A DNA stretch of 64,000 nt from Ascidiella aspersa (Eukaryota). The notes under the pieces were generated by a model that was given only the letters and a program-made list of their open reading frames with translations, had not been told where the DNA came from and did no database searches. Each line of letters starts with the position of its first letter. The stretch's first letter is position 1. The stretch spans positions 7,626,001 through 7,690,000 of the forward strand of contig OZ004614.1 of assembly GCA_963924565.1 (NCBI GenBank). The letters run 5' to 3'. A program made the translations under genes and the position numbers. Shown here one piece after another: positions 61,955-64,000 of this stretch.

Positions 61955-62227
61955 TCATGATGCCTTTTTAAATTGCATGTAAAATTGTTTTTTGTTGGAA
62001 ACCGAAGGGGCGGCGGGTTTTGCTTCAGCAGCAGGCGACTCATCATCTTGAGTTTTTTTCTGCGTTCCATTATGTTCAAGGTCTTTCGCCAACTCGGACC
62101 ACTGACTTGGCTTTTCAGGTTTCAACGGTGAACGACTGCGGTGGCGCGAACGTGTCTCTTCTGCTTTGTTATGATCGGCGTGAGATCGTTCGTCTAATCT
62201 TCCTTCGCGCCTTCTTTCTGGTTCCGC
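61955..62227 (-). CDS. C11orf58: SMAP/C11orf58-like small acidic protein homolog, last coding exon
   Basis: Acceptor TTTGATTCAACAG|GCG at 62228/62227, phase 0. Ends NKKQFYMQFKKAS*, resembling the recalled C11orf58 C-terminus KSNYKMMFVKS. Confidence 0.6.
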   Translation of the reverse strand, partial: AEPERRREGRLDERSHADHNKAEETRSRHRSRSPLKPEKPSQWSELAKDLEHNGTQKKTQDDESPAAEAKPAAPSVSNKKQFYMQFKKAS

Positions 62228-63444
62228 CTGTTGAATCAAAGAATGGGAATACATTTGTTTTTAGATACTTGCTTTGTTTGGCGGTTTAGATGAAGAAACT
62301 GAGCGTATCTTTTAGGTAAATGGAATTTTATATGCTGTTTCATGGTTGTTTAGATTTTAAGAGAACGGTACCTACAGGAGTGTTCTAATGACCCTAATCA
62401 ATGACTTGAAGTACCGGTAAGTGGACTCGATTGACTGTGTTTAAATGGCTTGACTTAAGTCTGTTAAACAAACGACTTGACTTGGACTTGAGTTGTAAAT
62501 TGGGTTGAAATTAGGTGTATTGATTAAACAACTTTTTTTAAACTTAGGTTGTTTTACGCAAAAAAAAATTTGCTCGCTTTGTGTTATTTTATAGTTATTT
62601 CTCACAATCGTATGATTTTAATAGTTAACCGTTTTATTTTTATGTCAATAACTTAACTTGCCTTTGAGCTTTAATAATGACTCGGACTGAGTCTCAACTT
62701 AAAAAATTGATAAGACCGTCATTTTTCACCAAATACTTGACTGTGGTTAGCTAAATATTACAAACAGTTCCTTTATAAGATTTGGCCAGAAATGGACGAG
62801 CAGTGTTTGCCAGTTAACAAGTTGGTTCACTTTGCAAAATAAAGTGGCCTGTATAGCAAGGTGTACCTTCACTCTATGCTTTTTGTTTTGATTAAGTTCA
62901 TGCTACCTGTATTTTATACCAATATTGTATTTTTTTAACTTTTCCTAGTAAATATTGGCAACATGGAGCGGTTGGATCTAGGATTAGTGTGAGGGCTTGG
63001 GATGTAAAACTGCAGTATAAGTTGGAAAATTACAGTCTCTAGGTTTTGCTTATGATTAAAAAACTGAATTTAATCTGATTAACTTTAATCTAGGTATTTT
63101 TAAAGCTGGTAAGTTTCCCTATATAAGTGGACAAAATACAAGTAGGCTCTAAAATATTTTTAAAATTATGCCTCCCTTAACCTGCACCATACAGGTTAGG
63201 GACAATTTCTGTGGTGACAACAGAACACTGTTTTGTTTCAATATTATTTGACACACTTACTGCTAATATCATAATACAAACTGTTCAGCCAATATCTTGA
63301 AAATTAGTCATTACATCTTGTATAATGATGTTTTTACACTAAATACAGCTGGTCACATGGATTATTTTCAAACAAGATTACTGGTAAAATTAAGATTATT
63401 TTAGTTGCAGATACTTAATGTTCTAATAAAACACAAAAACGTCT

Positions 63445-63656
63445 CATGTAAGTTTAATGGTGAAAATAACGGCCCAAATAGACATAAAAAGCGACATGCT
63501 TTAGGTTTCTGCAAATGCTCATGCCATCATATTTTTTCTGATGATGGCATGAGCATTTGCTGAAACGTTTGAATAATAAAGTATGTCGCTTTTTATGTCT
63601 ATTTGGGCCATTATTTTTACCATTAAACTTATGAACAGATCCGTATATAGTGTTCC
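63445..63656 (+). mobile_element. Fold-back Penelope-like element with hammerhead
   Basis: Long imperfect inverted arms. The 3' end ACAGATCCGTATATAGTGTTCC is shared with 5293-5360. Confidence 0.7.
63530..63575 (+). ncRNA. Minimal hammerhead motif (intact core, eroded helix I)
   Basis: CTGATGA-T-GGCA-TGAGCATT-TGCT-GAAA-CGTT, at the centre of a fold-back element. Confidence 0.6.
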
Positions 63657-63713
63657 AAAAATCTCACTAAATCATTATATAATGATGTAAATATAAAGTT
63701 TGTTTCACTAGAG

Positions 63714-63881
63714 CAGTGTTTTTTAATCGGGTGAATGGTTCACCCCAGGATGAATAAAATTTTTCCAACAGGTGAGAATTTTGAAAAACAAAATCAATTC
63801 TAAGTTTTTTTCCTAAGGGTGAATGAAGTCTGGAGATAGATGCTAGGGGTGAACAAAACTAAAAAAGTTTAAGAAGCACTG
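63714..63881. mobile_element. hAT MITE family B, copy 3 (inverted, internally deleted)
   Basis: Perfect TSD CACTAGAG; CAGTG...CACTG ends. Confidence 0.85.
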
Positions 63882-63924
63882 CACTAGAGCTAAAACAAAA
63901 ATGCAGTTAGTTGTAGCAAATTAC

Positions 63925-64000
63925 CGATGACACCATATATCCAATTCCTTCTTTTCTTCTTGTTTTACCTTCCACAACCTGCTGCATTGTATTTGTGTAT
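63925..64000 (-). CDS. C11orf58: SMAP/C11orf58-like penultimate exon (5' side probably outside window)
   Basis: Open frame YTNTMQQVVEGKTRRKEGIGYMVSS aligns without gaps to the recalled SMAP domain end [21 protein letters not shown]. Phase-0 donor TCG|GTAATT at 63925/63924. Confidence 0.6.

Overview
Eukaryotic, AT-rich, intron-containing animal genomic DNA. A marine invertebrate chordate such as an ascidian is a guess from gene and repeat style only. Three protein-coding genes can be built by hand. (1) A two-coding-exon LARP6-like La-motif/RRM gene on the minus strand (8121..6868 joined to 3641..3300, about 531 aa). (2) A 13-coding-exon alpha7-type nicotinic acetylcholine receptor subunit on the plus strand (31708..60436, about 472 aa). 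(3) The 3' end of a SMAP/C11orf58-like gene on the minus strand, running off the window end. The main finding is a second 84-nt, same-phase copy of the pore-lining M2 exon (54101..54184) inside the nAChR intron. It encodes a very unusual pore (Gly-Pro at 16'/17') and is a candidate mutually exclusive exon pair. Second, the window holds several short retro-insertions, some fold-back and some TSD-flanked, carrying minimal hammerhead-ribozyme motifs typical of Penelope-like elements, plus decayed Penelope RT and GIY-YIG remnants. Third, the LARP6 La-motif has lost most of its conserved RNA-binding pocket residues. The rest is dense in hAT and Harbinger MITEs, short tandem repeats and CpG-rich putative regulatory patches. 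Most short ORFs in the supplied track are spurious.
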